A DNA stretch of 64,000 bases from an uncultured delta proteobacterium (GTDB lineage: Bacteria > Myxococcota_A > Polyangia > Fen-1088). Every line of letters starts with the position of its first letter. The stretch's first letter is position 1. The notes under the pieces are model-generated. The model had not been told where the DNA came from and did not search any database. It saw nothing but the letters and a program-made list of their open reading frames with translations. Location of the stretch: positions 32,001 through 96,000 of the forward strand of contig CAVWIP010000012.1 of NCBI GenBank assembly GCA_963755125.1, written 5' to 3'. Shown here in pieces: positions 49,368 to 59,424 of the stretch. Made by a program: the position numbers and the translations under genes.

Positions 49368-51244
49368 CGATTATTGAGCGCAGGTTCTGGCCGCACCTGC
49401 AACGCCAATCTTGTCGATCCGCGCTGCAGGTCGAGCGGCCACTGGACGCCGATAGACGCGAGCACCACGGCCGGTCGCACCGGGTTCTGGCTGGTGAACG
49501 GCTCGCCAGCGGCCCCGAGCAGGATGTCGCCCGGTCGCAGCCCGGCGCGGCTCGCCGGCGAAGTCGCGACAACCTTGAGCACGCGCACCGCCCCGTCGGG
49601 AAGTCCCAGGCGCTTGCGGCGAGCCGAGGCAACCGGCTCGAACACGAAGCCCAGCCATGCCGGCTGCAATCCGGCGGCTGCCCTCCGATCGGTGTCCAGC
49701 GCGGGCAGCGCTGACTTGACTGCGGGACTGGTGGCGCCGGCCAAGGGCGCCAGCGCGAGATCGAGGTTCTCGCACTTCTCCAGCGCGGCCAGGGCCGCCG
49801 CTTGTGATTTGCCCACGCGGATGCCGTCGTTCTGCAGGTAGAAGCGACCGGCCACGTCGAGCAAGATCGTGCGCATGCGCAGCAGAGCGGCCAGCCGTAC
49901 CTCGGCGCGGTAGGCGATCTCGTCGAGACCGGCGGTGGCGTTGATGAGGCGCTGCAGGCGGAGAAGCTGCTTGTTGTCAGCCTCGGTCTGGGGCAAGAAC
50001 TCGCGCAGAAACTCCACGGCCAGCGCGCGCCGCTGGTTCGGTCCCAGCTTGCGCAAGGCCGGCAAGGCCAGGCGCGAAGCCCAACCTGGCCGCGCTGCCA
50101 AGAAGGCATCCAGATGCCCCTGATTGAGATCCCCGAGTGCGGTCGCCCAGGTCTTGGCCTGTGCCTCCGTCTCCTCGAGAAAACCGGCCAACTCGTCTCC
50201 ACGCTGGTCGATCTCGGCCAGTGTGGGCTCATGCAAGGGGGCCAGGCCGTACTCGGCGGCAAGTTGATCAGCCCGAGCCCGATCCGCGGCAAAGCCACCC
50301 TGCGCCCATGCCTTGCGCAGAATCCCGTCGACGAATTGGGTCTCGTCCGCGCGCTGGGCGCGCGCCGCGCGCAGCAGGACCTCGTCGAGAAACACCTCAG
50401 AGCTGCGCAAGGGCACATCGGGGCTGTGATCGGAAAACATCACCCGGTCGTGCGCGCCGGAGAAACCACCGTTGCGCGAGAGAGCCTGCAGGAACTCGAA
50501 GGCGTGCCCCACCTCCTCGGCCCCGCGCACCTCGGGATAGCAGCCGTAGGCAGGCCGGTCGGCGGTCGACGAGAAGTAGCCGCAGGCCGCGCCTGAGGGG
50601 AGCTGGCCGCGCGAGCGCAGATCGTAGAGGTAGGCGAAGCCTCCCGAGAAACACTGGGACATGAGCGAAACCACGCGCACCTGGGTGGGCAGGCGTGCGA
50701 GCAGGGCGCGCAGGCCACGCACCGAGAGCGACTCGTGCGCTCCCCAGAGAGTGATGCGGTTGTCGAGCGGGTCGCGCGGATTGGAGGTGCCGTGGTCGGT
50801 GACGAAGATGAGCAAGGTGTCGCCCGGCCGGAGCCGCGCTCTCAGTTCGCCGAAGGTCCGGCGCAGCTCCGCCCCGGTAGCGGGCCGCAGGCCGTACCCG
50901 GCCAGGGTCGAGTTCTCGAAGCTCGTGGTGTGGCGCAAGAGATCGCCCACGGTCGTCCCTTCGAGCAGCCATGTGCCCTCGGGCTCGGACACGCCCACGG
51001 CCAGATCGGGCGCCGGATTGCTGCCATCGCTGGCCAGGATGAAGACGTGATCGCGCGGTACCCGAGCGCGATCCAGCAGAGCCGCGAACTGGCGCAGATG
51101 CGAAAGGTGCGAGGCGAAGTTTTCCTTTCGATCGCCGCCCCCGTTGATCATTAGGACGTGCAAGCGGTCAGGCGCCATCGGTTCGGCCGCCCCCACCGGC
51201 GCGGCCACGAGCAAAAACGACACAACGACAAGAAATCGCATCAT
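49364..51244 (-). CDS. Secreted clan CD (caspase/legumain-like) peptidase with C-terminal PDZ domain
   Basis: FVTDHG and SQCFSGGF (His/Cys dyad); WLGF...SPASRAGLRPGDIL (PDZ). Confidence 0.8.
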   Translation of the reverse strand: MMRFLVVVSFLLVAAPVGAAEPMAPDRLHVLMINGGGDRKENFASHLSHLRQFAALLDRARVPRDHVFILASDGSNPAPDLAVGVSEPEGTWLLEGTTVGDLLRHTTSFENSTLAGYGLRPATGAELRRTFGELRARLRPGDTLLIFVTDHGTSNPRDPLDNRITLWGAHESLSVRGLRALLARLPTQVRVVSLMSQCFSGGFAYLYDLRSRGQLPSGAACGYFSSTADRPAYGCYPEVRGAEEVGHAFEFLQALSRNGGFSGAHDRVMFSDHSPDVPLRSSEVFLDEVLLRAARAQRADETQFVDGILRKAWAQGGFAADRARADQLAAEYGLAPLHEPTLAEIDQRGDELAGFLEETEAQAKTWATALGDLNQGHLDAFLAARPGWASRLALPALRKLGPNQRRALAVEFLREFLPQTEADNKQLLRLQRLINATAGLDEIAYRAEVRLAALLRMRTILLDVAGRFYLQNDGIRVGKSQAAALAALEKCENLDLALAPLAGATSPAVKSALPALDTDRRAAAGLQPAWLGFVFEPVASARRKRLGLPDGAVRVLKVVATSPASRAGLRPGDILLGAAGEPFTSQNPVRPAVVLASIGVQWPLDLQRGSTRLALQVRPEPALNNR

Positions 51245-51251
51245 GGTGGGT

Positions 51252-53483
51252 TCAACCGGCTTTCACTCGATCCGCCAGGCGTGAGCAGCGCTCGGCGACC
51301 TGGGCGTTGGCCACGGCGATGCGCAGGGCCTTGCGCGAGCCAATCAGCACCACCAGTTTCTTGCCGCGTGTGACCGCCGTGTACAGCAGGCTGCGCTGGA
51401 GCATCACGTAGTGTTGCGGGTGCACCGGCACGATCACCACCGGGTACTCCGATCCTTGCGACTTGTGCACGGTCGCGGCGTAGGCCAGAGTCAACTCGTC
51501 CAGATCATCGGCCGCGTAGCTCACCTCGCGTTCATCGAAACGAACCACGGCCTGTTGCTCGTCGCTCGTCTCCCCGGACCCGCCCGCCACGCGCGCCACT
51601 TCGCCCACGTCGCCGTTGAACACATCGCGGTCGTAGTTGTTGCGGACCTGCATCACGCGATCGCCGACGCGAAACGCACGGCCGCCGCTGCGCAGTTCAG
51701 GCTGGCCCGGCGTGATCGCGTCTTGCAGAAGGCGGTTGAGGGCGGTGGCGCCCAGTTCGCCTCGGTGCATGGGTGTCAGCACCTGGATGTCGCGCGGGGA
51801 AAAACCATAGCGGCGTGCAAGACGCGTGGTCACCAAATCACGGATGGTCTCGGCCGCGTGGGCCGGATCGTCGTCCTCAATGAAGAAGAAGTCGCGCTGG
51901 TCCGCTCCTCGCCCTTGCGCGGGCGGTGCCCCCAGCTCGGGCTCCGCCCCGTCGTGGATGCGGTGGGCGTTGGTCACGATCAGGCTGGCGGCCGCCTGAC
52001 GGAAGATCTCGGTCAAGCGCACCGTGGGCACGCGGCCAGAGCCGATCACGTCGCGCAAAACCATGCCCGGCCCGACCGAGGGCAGCTGGTTGACGTCGCC
52101 CACCAGCACCAGGCGCGTGCCGTCGGCCAGTGCCGCCAGCAGATCGGCCATCAGGCGGATGTCGATCATGGACGCTTCGTCGACCACCAGCAGATCCGCC
52201 TGCAGCGGCCGGGTGACATTGCGACCGAACACGCCGTCGGCCGGACGCCACTCCAGCAGCCGGTGCAGCGTGGCCGCGGGCTGACCGGTCGCCTCCTGCA
52301 GTCGCTTGGCCGCCCGGCCGGTGGGCGCTGCCAAGGCCACGATCAGCCCCTGGCGCACCAGCGTGCTGACGATCCCGCGCACGATGGTGGTCTTGCCCAC
52401 ACCCGGGCCGCCCGTGATCACCAACAACGGCTCGTGCAGCGCGCGGCGCACGGCCTCGGCCTGCTGGGGCGCCAGCGTGATGTGGGCCTCGGCCTGGTAG
52501 TGGGCGATGGCCTGTTCAGCGTCGACGCGCAGCGGGTTCACCCGGCCGCGCAGCAAGCGCAGAAGGCCGGTGGCGGCGGCCACCTCGGCGCGGAACAAGC
52601 CGACCTCGTACACCGCTGCGCCCTCGGGCGCGATCTCGATGGCCACGTCGCCGGCGCGGCCCAGGCGATCCACCGCCGCTTCCACCAGCGGCGGCTCGAC
52701 TTCCAGCAGCTTGGCCGCCTCTTCCACCAGACGGCGGCGCGGCAGGTACACGTGGCCCAGCCCGCCCGCCTGGTCGAGCGCGTGGCGCACGCCTGCTTCC
52801 ACCCGCACATCCGAGTCGCGCGCGATGCCCAGCGCCGTGGCCAGACGATCCGCGGACAGAAAACCGATGCCCCACACGTCGAAGGCCAGACGGAAGGGGT
52901 TCTCGCGCACGCGCGCGATGGCAGCCGCGCCGTAGCGTTTGTAGATGCGCGCGGCAAAGGCGGGCGAAACCCCATAGCCCTGCAGGAAGACCATGACCTC
53001 GCGCAAGCGGCGCTGCGAGGTCCAGGCTTTCTGGATGGCCTGGGCGCGGGAGGGGCCGATGCCGGGCACCTCGCGAATCCGTTCCGGCTGCGCGTCCAGG
53101 ATCTCCAGCGTGCGAATGCCAAAGCGATCGACGATGCGGCTGGCGAATTCCGGTCCGATGCCTTTGACCAGCCCGGCGCCCAGATAGCGGCGAATCCCGG
53201 CCAGCGTCTCGGGCGACAGCTCGGTGTAGCTTTGCACGCGAAATTGGCGGCCGAAACGTGGGTTGCTTTCGTAATAGCCGCACACGCGCAGGCGCGCGCC
53301 CTGGGGTAGACCCAGCAGGCTGCCCACCACGGTCACGGGCTCGGCTGCACCGTCCGGCGAAAGGCGCGCCACGGTGAACTCGCCGCCACCACCCGAGAAC
53401 ACAATGCGCTCGATGGTGCCCTCTAGGATCTCTTCCTGCGCATGGTCAGGTCGCTTGCCGGCGGATCGGTCGAACAGATCCAT
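51252..53483 (-). CDS. recD2: ATP-dependent RecD-like helicase RecD2
   Basis: N-terminal LEGTIERIVF, HhH motifs VKGIGP and VPGIG, GGPGVGKTT, VDEASM, HKSQGSE, LLYTAVTRG. Confidence 0.95.
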   Translation of the reverse strand: MDLFDRSAGKRPDHAQEEILEGTIERIVFSGGGGEFTVARLSPDGAAEPVTVVGSLLGLPQGARLRVCGYYESNPRFGRQFRVQSYTELSPETLAGIRRYLGAGLVKGIGPEFASRIVDRFGIRTLEILDAQPERIREVPGIGPSRAQAIQKAWTSQRRLREVMVFLQGYGVSPAFAARIYKRYGAAAIARVRENPFRLAFDVWGIGFLSADRLATALGIARDSDVRVEAGVRHALDQAGGLGHVYLPRRRLVEEAAKLLEVEPPLVEAAVDRLGRAGDVAIEIAPEGAAVYEVGLFRAEVAAATGLLRLLRGRVNPLRVDAEQAIAHYQAEAHITLAPQQAEAVRRALHEPLLVITGGPGVGKTTIVRGIVSTLVRQGLIVALAAPTGRAAKRLQEATGQPAATLHRLLEWRPADGVFGRNVTRPLQADLLVVDEASMIDIRLMADLLAALADGTRLVLVGDVNQLPSVGPGMVLRDVIGSGRVPTVRLTEIFRQAAASLIVTNAHRIHDGAEPELGAPPAQGRGADQRDFFFIEDDDPAHAAETIRDLVTTRLARRYGFSPRDIQVLTPMHRGELGATALNRLLQDAITPGQPELRSGGRAFRVGDRVMQVRNNYDRDVFNGDVGEVARVAGGSGETSDEQQAVVRFDEREVSYAADDLDELTLAYAATVHKSQGSEYPVVIVPVHPQHYVMLQRSLLYTAVTRGKKLVVLIGSRKALRIAVANAQVAERCSRLADRVKAG

Positions 53484-53488
53484 TCGTG

Positions 53489-53941
53489 CTAAGGCGGCGA
53501 GCAGGTGTAGTCGTTCAGGCTGCACGTCGTGTGGCAGGAGATGCACGTCTGCAAGCGCCCATCCTGCAAGACATCGCGCAGGTCATCCAGTTGCTGCCAG
53601 TGCCAGTCGCCCGCAGCGGGGTTGTAGCCCACCTTGTCCTTGAACATGAGGCTGTAGCCGGTGAGGTCCGTGCAGTCCGCCTTGTCGGATTCCACGGCCA
53701 CGATGGTGCTGCCCTGGGGAAGCGGGGAGGTTCCCGCCAAATAGGCCGCCTCTGCCACGGCATTGGTGTACACAACCATGTACTTCGATCCGTGCCCGAC
53801 GTTGAGCCGGCAGGTTCGCGCCACCTGGAAACTCGTTTGATAGTCAGGCGGCAGGAGTTGGCTGGTGTTGTTGCCGCTCTGCTGGAAACAGCCGCCAAGC
53901 AGAAGCAGTGGAAGGAACACGAGCGGGCGCCGCAAAACCAT
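53489..53941 (-). CDS. Cytochrome P460/c'-beta-like lipoprotein
   Basis: Lipobox LLGGC, LPQGSTIV, MFK..GYNPAAGDWHW, late CISCH heme motif. Confidence 0.75.
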   Translation of the reverse strand: MVLRRPLVFLPLLLLGGCFQQSGNNTSQLLPPDYQTSFQVARTCRLNVGHGSKYMVVYTNAVAEAAYLAGTSPLPQGSTIVAVESDKADCTDLTGYSLMFKDKVGYNPAAGDWHWQQLDDLRDVLQDGRLQTCISCHTTCSLNDYTCSPP

Positions 53942-54016
53942 GCGCCAGATTCTACATTCAGATCGCCCTTAGACCAGGAGCAGAATCGAACCAGAACCGA
54001 TTGCCCCTCCAGAGCG

Positions 54017-54325
54017 CTACTCGCCCGAGAAGCGCACGTAGGTGTGATCTTGATCCTGCGCCGACTTGAGCAGATTCAGCAGTGCCGCGCCGTGATTCTT
54101 GAGGTCTGGCGCGCGGGCCGCGCGCAGCCGCGTCTCCAGCTCTTGCAGCAAGACCGGAAGCTGGAGCTGATTGAAGACCGTGTCGCCGTCGCGGTCGACG
54201 TAGCGCAGACAGGGTGATGTCGCGTCGTCGTGATCCGGCAGCAGCTTCTCGGTCAGGTTGTGGTCGTCCAGGATCTCGTCCTGGACTTCACCAGACTCGC
54301 TCTCGACTCGAAGGTCAATTCCCAT
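54017..54325 (-). CDS. Hypothetical acidic protein
   Basis: GGAGG RBS; 102 aa; LRYVDRDGDTVFNQLQ, HTYVRFSGE. Confidence 0.7.
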   Translation of the reverse strand: MGIDLRVESESGEVQDEILDDHNLTEKLLPDHDDATSPCLRYVDRDGDTVFNQLQLPVLLQELETRLRAARAPDLKNHGAALLNLLKSAQDQDHTYVRFSGE

Positions 54326-54491
54326 TGGTCCTCCCAACCTCGACGGTGCGCAGGCTGGACTATGTCTTCACTATACGTTCGTTCAGCAACGGGCGCAAGC
54401 TGGCGGCGGCAGGCAGGATCGCCCGAAGCCATGGTCGCAAGCAAGTCGGCTGTCGCGGCTGGACAGTGAGGAACGCGCCGGCTCCCCTGAC

Positions 54492-55148
54492 TCACCGGCT
54501 AGCGTACGGGGTTTCCAGACGCTTGCCGTAGGCTTGGTTGGCTTTGAGTTCCCGATCCCAGAACATCACGCGGCTCCACCAACCCATCACTTGAAGGGCA
54601 AAGCGTGAGTAGCGCTTCCGCCCAGCCAGCTCTTGCAATGCCTGCGGGTCCAGCCGGCCCGTGCGGCCGAAGCCTTCGCCTAGCTGGCAGAAGCGATGGC
54701 GGATGCCACGAGTCATCCACGCGGGTTGCGAACGGACGCCTTCGATGCCGCCCCGGCGCACGACTCCGGCGCAGACGCAGCCCAGACGGCCGGCCAGCCG
54801 TTCCAGATAGCGTGCCACCGGTGCTGTGTGGGTGGCCTCGGGAAATCCTGATTGCACGAGAAAGAGCAGCGTGGGTCGTGCTTCGGGCCGCGGAAGCGTT
54901 GCCATCTGTTCCAGCAATTCCTTGACCATGCCAGGCATGGCGTCCGTATAGAGCGGGAAGCCGAGCAGCACGGCATCGCTGTGCCAGAAAGCCGCGAGCG
55001 CCCTTTCGCGCTCACTCGGCCGAGCAAGGTCCAGGGTTTCAGCTTGGTTGGTCGGCGTAGCAGCAAAGCCGCGCAAGAATTCGTCAGTGAGCAAGCGGGT
55101 GTTGGACTTGTGCCCGCGGGGCGAGCCATTAAGCGCGAGTAATCGCAT
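54492..55148 (-). CDS. NAD(P)H-dependent FMN reductase/flavodoxin-like protein
   Basis: LALNGSPRGHKSNT, GFPLYTDAMPG, QSGFPE. Confidence 0.85.
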   Translation of the reverse strand: MRLLALNGSPRGHKSNTRLLTDEFLRGFAATPTNQAETLDLARPSERERALAAFWHSDAVLLGFPLYTDAMPGMVKELLEQMATLPRPEARPTLLFLVQSGFPEATHTAPVARYLERLAGRLGCVCAGVVRRGGIEGVRSQPAWMTRGIRHRFCQLGEGFGRTGRLDPQALQELAGRKRYSRFALQVMGWWSRVMFWDRELKANQAYGKRLETPYASR

Positions 55149-55680
55149 GGACAACCTCCGTGGTAGCCATCGTGGTGGACAGACAGGCGATGAGAGACGT
55201 GTTGGCGTTGCGGGCCATCCGGGTCCAGATCTCGCGACTGATGGCCCGATCCTCGTCGGCGGTGTCGGGCTCGTCCTGATAGAGCACCGCCAGTCGTGGC
55301 ACTTTCGCGTAGCGGGGAAAGTGACGGCATTCCCCCGTCGAGCCGTCGATGTAGGGCAATAGCGTGGGCAAGAGTTTTTCGACTGACCGCTTGAGCAGCC
55401 CCGAGCTGAAGCCCAGAACCAAGGGCGAGGCGAGCACCGCCACGTCCGCGTCCAGGTAGGCGCGCAAGAGTTGGTCATGCTGATCCTGGGTCACGCAATC
55501 GCCCGGCGTCTTCAACCAGCAGTCGAAGCAGCCACTGCACTGGCGCAAGTCCATGGAGCGCAGCTCAAGCGTATTCACGCCGTGCCCTTGCTCAGTTAGC
55601 ACGTGGGCCAAATCTTGCAGATAGGCGTCGAAGCCCGAATCAGGCGGGTTCGGATTCCCATTCATGAGCAGGGCTTTCAT
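55129..55680 (-). CDS. Flavodoxin family protein with Cys cluster (iron-sulfur flavoprotein-like)
   Basis: CSGCFDCWLKTPGDC, LASPL. Confidence 0.85.
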   Translation of the reverse strand: MKALLMNGNPNPPDSGFDAYLQDLAHVLTEQGHGVNTLELRSMDLRQCSGCFDCWLKTPGDCVTQDQHDQLLRAYLDADVAVLASPLVLGFSSGLLKRSVEKLLPTLLPYIDGSTGECRHFPRYAKVPRLAVLYQDEPDTADEDRAISREIWTRMARNANTSLIACLSTTMATTEVVHAITRA

Positions 55681-56297
55681 GTCTTCTTCCGTCCTTTCCG
55701 TTTCGGGGTAGCTGACAGCATGGAAACCAGATCCAAGGTTGAGGCCATGGCCGCGCCGATCACGATGGCGCCCACTCGCTTCAGCTTGCGGTCCAACAGA
55801 TCGGGCTCAGGTCGCGGCAGCAGGTTGACAACGACCATGCTGGCCAGGCCGTGCGTGTAGATCCACAGATCCATGATCAGCTCGTCGCGCACGCCTGGGC
55901 TCAGACGGCGCAACTCGGGCGACTGATCCACGATCTTGCGCAGCTTCGCGCGCATGCGAGCCACCAACTCGGCCGCATTCTGCTGATCAACGAACAGGGC
56001 GCGGAACAGGCGTGGCTCATCGCGCGCGAACATGACCAACCCCACCCCGGCGCTGCGGAAAGGAAAGTCAGTGTAGGGACGGGCGACGTACTCGTCGAGC
56101 TGCTCCATCGCCGTATCCAGCACGGCTTGGGTCAGCTGGTCCATCGAGGCATAAGCCCGATAGATGGGGGCCACCGAAGCCCCCAATTGGTCGGCGACCG
56201 CACGCGCCGACAGGGCGGCCAAGCCTTCCCGTTGCACCAACTGTACGCTGGCGGCGAGAACGCGATCTTTGTCCAGGGTCAGTTTGCGAGGGCTCAC
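55677..56297 (-). CDS. TetR-family transcriptional regulator
   Basis: N-terminal HTH (LSARAVADQLGASVAPIY), WIYTHG. Confidence 0.9.
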   Translation of the reverse strand: MSPRKLTLDKDRVLAASVQLVQREGLAALSARAVADQLGASVAPIYRAYASMDQLTQAVLDTAMEQLDEYVARPYTDFPFRSAGVGLVMFARDEPRLFRALFVDQQNAAELVARMRAKLRKIVDQSPELRRLSPGVRDELIMDLWIYTHGLASMVVVNLLPRPEPDLLDRKLKRVGAIVIGAAMASTLDLVSMLSATPKRKGRKKT

Positions 56298-56301
56298 GAC
56301 G

Positions 56302-56328
56302 TAACATACGTTAGATAACAGATGTTAT
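56302..56328. promoter_or_regulatory. Tandem palindromic operators TAACATACGTTA and ATAACAGATGTTAT
   Basis: Two TAACA-N2-(T/C)GTTA palindromes 4 nt upstream of the TetR start. Confidence 0.7.
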
Positions 56329-56427
56329 TCCAGAGCACAAGTGGAATCGTTGCTGGACAGTCTTCCCGACCACATGCCTGGCTACCGACGGGCTGGCGAT
56401 TTGCCGGTGTTCGCGTAGATTCGGCGC

Positions 56428-58923
56428 GTGGTTGGCCGATCATCCCAAGGCAGCGCCCGCTTCCACCGCGTCGAGGTGACCAATCCTCGCGACGGCGGCT
56501 TCTGGTACTGGCTGTTCAAACTCTACGCCTTTGCCGCCTGCTGCCTGGCGGGCCTGCTGATCCTGGGTGGGATCGGCGCGTACGTGTACTTCGCCAGCAC
56601 CCTGCCCGCGCTGCCCAGCTTCAGCCGCTTTCGGCAGGACTCGGCGGAATCCACCCTGGTGCGCGCCTGGGATGGCACGCCGCTGGCGGAATTCGCCAGC
56701 GAGCGGCGCGAGATTCTGCCCTTCGAGGCGTTCCCCAGGCGCCTGCTGCAGGCCTTCGTGGCCATTGAGGACCGGCGCTTCTACGAACATAGCGGTCTCG
56801 ACTACCGCGGCATGCTGCGCGCGGCTCTGGCGAACCTGCGCGCCGGTCGCGTGGTCCAAGGAGGCTCGACCATCACGCAACAGGTGGCGCGCGCTCTCTT
56901 GCGCACGTCCCAGCAGACCATGCAGCGAAAGATCCGCGAGGCCATCCTGGCGCGCCGGCTGGAGACCCGCTACAGCAAGGATCAGATCCTCACCCTCTAT
57001 CTCAACCAGATCTTCCTCGGTCATCAGTCGTACGGCGTGGCCGCGGCCGCGCGCCGCTACTTCGACAAGGCGGTGGGCGATCTGGATCTGGCCGAGACAG
57101 CCACCCTGGCCGGCATAGCGCAAGCGCCCAGCCGCTATTCGCCCCTGGTCGAACCCGAACTGACCCGCGCCCGCCGTGATCAAGTCCTGGCCGCCATGGC
57201 AGCCTCGGGCTTTGTCGGTGAGGCCGAGGCCCAGGCCGCGTCGGCCAGGCCACTGGCGGTGCGTCCCCCGCCCGACTTCTTCCGCGATCGCTCGCCCTAC
57301 TTCGCCGAGCATGTCCGCCGCGACATCGGCAAGCGCTACGGGGAAAAGGCGCTGTGGGAGGGCGGGCTGCAAGTGGAAACCACGCTGGTGCCGTGGGTCG
57401 ACGAAGCTGCCCAGGAAAACGTGGATTTTTCTCTGCGCAAGCTGGACAAGCGGCAAGGCTGGCGCGGATCAGTGGCCCACCTGACGGGCGCGGCTGCCGA
57501 TGAATTCCGGCGCCGTGCGGCCCAGCGCTATGGTGCCGAGCCACCCGTCGAAAATCGCCTGTACCTGGGTCTGGTCGAATCGTCCACGGGTTCAGGCGCG
57601 CAGGTGCGCGTGGGCGAGAAGATCTACCTGTTGCCGTCGGCGGGCATGCAGTGGGCTGTGCCCTTCAGCCTGGTCGATTCCAGCAACGGCCGCGCGCTGC
57701 AATCGACGGCAGGGGTGCTCAAACCGGGCGATGTCGTCTGGGTGGCCAATGCGCATCGCTCGCACCTGCGCCGCTACTCTGACTGGACCTACGACGGCGC
57801 TGGTGAAGTGCAGTGGCTCGCCGCCTACGACAACCGCAAGCCGCCGCCGGGGCCGCCGCAGTTGCGCCTGGAACAAACCCCGCGCGTGCAGGGCGCGATC
57901 TACTCCTACGATCACCAGAGCGGCTACGTGACCGCCATGGTGGGCGGTTTTGAATTCGACCGCTCGGAATTCAACCGTGCCGTGCAGGCCTGCCGGCAGC
58001 CGGGCTCGACCTACAAGCCCGTCTACTACTCGCTGGCGCTGGATAGAGGCTACGGCTACGGCTCGCTGCTCAACGACATTCCGCGCGCGGAAGTCGACCC
58101 CATCACCGGCGAGGTGTGGGTGCCGCAGAATCTGAACAACACCGTCGAGTACCAGGTGAATCTGGAATACGCCCTGGTCTGGTCGAAAAACGTGCCCTCG
58201 GTGCAGTTGTTCAAGCTGGTGGGCGGCAAGGACGTGGAGGCCTGGGCGCGGCGGCTGGGAATCACCACCCCCATCATTCCCGACCAGGCGCTGGCCCTGG
58301 GCGCTTCCTGCACGCGCATCGACGAGCTGACGCGCGCCTTTTCCGCCTTTGCCCGCAATGGCTCACTTGAGGAGCCGGTGTACCTGCGCCGGGTACGCGA
58401 CCGCGCGGGCCACGTCGTGGAAGACAACACCGCCGTCTCCGACCCCATGGGGCCGCCCGATGCGCGTCTCGATCGCATGGTGGCCCTGGCGGGTGAGTCG
58501 ACAAAGAACGTCATCCCGCCACGCGCGGCCTGGCTGACCTCCCAGCTCCTGCGCCGGGTGGTGACCAAGGGCCACGCCCCGTCGCTGCGCAGTTCCGGGC
58601 TGCTGGTGGCGGGCAAGACCGGCACATCGAGCGCGACCATGGACACCTGGTTCGTCGGCTACACCTCACGCTCGATGATCACGACCTGGATCGGCGACGA
58701 CCGGCGCGAGCGACCGCTCGGCTTCAAGGATGCCGCCTTCATGCTAACCGTGCCCATGGCCGCGCGCTTTCTCGTGGAGACCACGGCGGGCCAGCCGCTG
58801 CGCGAGATCCCCTGGGAGCGGCCCGCCGGCGTGCGGGCCAACGACACCGGCGGCAACCTGCGCGCAACCATGGAAGCGGTGAAAGCCGAGGACGAGGCAA
58901 CGTCGCGGAAGAAGAAGGGGTAG
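56428..58923 (+). CDS. mrcA: Class A penicillin-binding protein 1A
   Basis: [28 protein letters not shown]; transpeptidase STYK, SKN, KTG. Confidence 0.95.
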   Translation: MVGRSSQGSARFHRVEVTNPRDGGFWYWLFKLYAFAACCLAGLLILGGIGAYVYFASTLPALPSFSRFRQDSAESTLVRAWDGTPLAEFASERREILPFEAFPRRLLQAFVAIEDRRFYEHSGLDYRGMLRAALANLRAGRVVQGGSTITQQVARALLRTSQQTMQRKIREAILARRLETRYSKDQILTLYLNQIFLGHQSYGVAAAARRYFDKAVGDLDLAETATLAGIAQAPSRYSPLVEPELTRARRDQVLAAMAASGFVGEAEAQAASARPLAVRPPPDFFRDRSPYFAEHVRRDIGKRYGEKALWEGGLQVETTLVPWVDEAAQENVDFSLRKLDKRQGWRGSVAHLTGAAADEFRRRAAQRYGAEPPVENRLYLGLVESSTGSGAQVRVGEKIYLLPSAGMQWAVPFSLVDSSNGRALQSTAGVLKPGDVVWVANAHRSHLRRYSDWTYDGAGEVQWLAAYDNRKPPPGPPQLRLEQTPRVQGAIYSYDHQSGYVTAMVGGFEFDRSEFNRAVQACRQPGSTYKPVYYSLALDRGYGYGSLLNDIPRAEVDPITGEVWVPQNLNNTVEYQVNLEYALVWSKNVPSVQLFKLVGGKDVEAWARRLGITTPIIPDQALALGASCTRIDELTRAFSAFARNGSLEEPVYLRRVRDRAGHVVEDNTAVSDPMGPPDARLDRMVALAGESTKNVIPPRAAWLTSQLLRRVVTKGHAPSLRSSGLLVAGKTGTSSATMDTWFVGYTSRSMITTWIGDDRRERPLGFKDAAFMLTVPMAARFLVETTAGQPLREIPWERPAGVRANDTGGNLRATMEAVKAEDEATSRKKKG

Positions 58924-59011
58924 CAGGCCGGGCATCGCGGCGTTCGCCGTCGCCCCCATGTTGATGGTGCTGGTAGGCTGCGCGGCGCCGCAGCAGCAGC
59001 TCCTGAATGCA

Positions 59012-59416
59012 TCAACCGCGCTGTGCAAGCCTGCCGGCAGCCCGGCTCGACCTACAAGCCGATCTATTACTCGCTGGCGCTGGACCGGGGCTGCGGCTAC
59101 GGCTCGCTGCTCAACGAGATTCCGCGCGCGGAAGTCTACCCCATCGCACCGGCGAGATGTGGATTCCGCAGAACTTGAACAACACCGAGTACCAGGTGAA
59201 TCTGGAATACGCCCTGGTCTGGTCGAAGAACGTGCCCTCGGTGCAGTTGTTCAAGCTGGTGGACGGCAAGGACGTGGAGGCCTGGGCGCGCCGGCTGGAG
59301 ATCAGCACCCCCATCATTCCCGACCAGGCGCTGGCCCTGGGCGCTTCCTGCACGCGCATCGACGAGCTGACGCGCGCCTTTTCCGCCTTTGCCCGCAATG
59401 GCTCGCTGGAGGAGCC
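59012..59416 (+). pseudogene. Diverged duplicate of an internal PBP1A segment (about 57971-58376)
   Basis: Near-identical DNA with many synonymous changes, a 2-nt insertion near 59146 and a 3-nt deletion. Confidence 0.9.
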
Positions 59417-59424
59417 AACAAATG

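Noticed and set aside
59012..59416. PBP1A repeat as a diversity-generating retroelement TR/VR pair
   Set aside because: Mismatches are not adenine-specific, many are synonymous, and no reverse transcriptase is present
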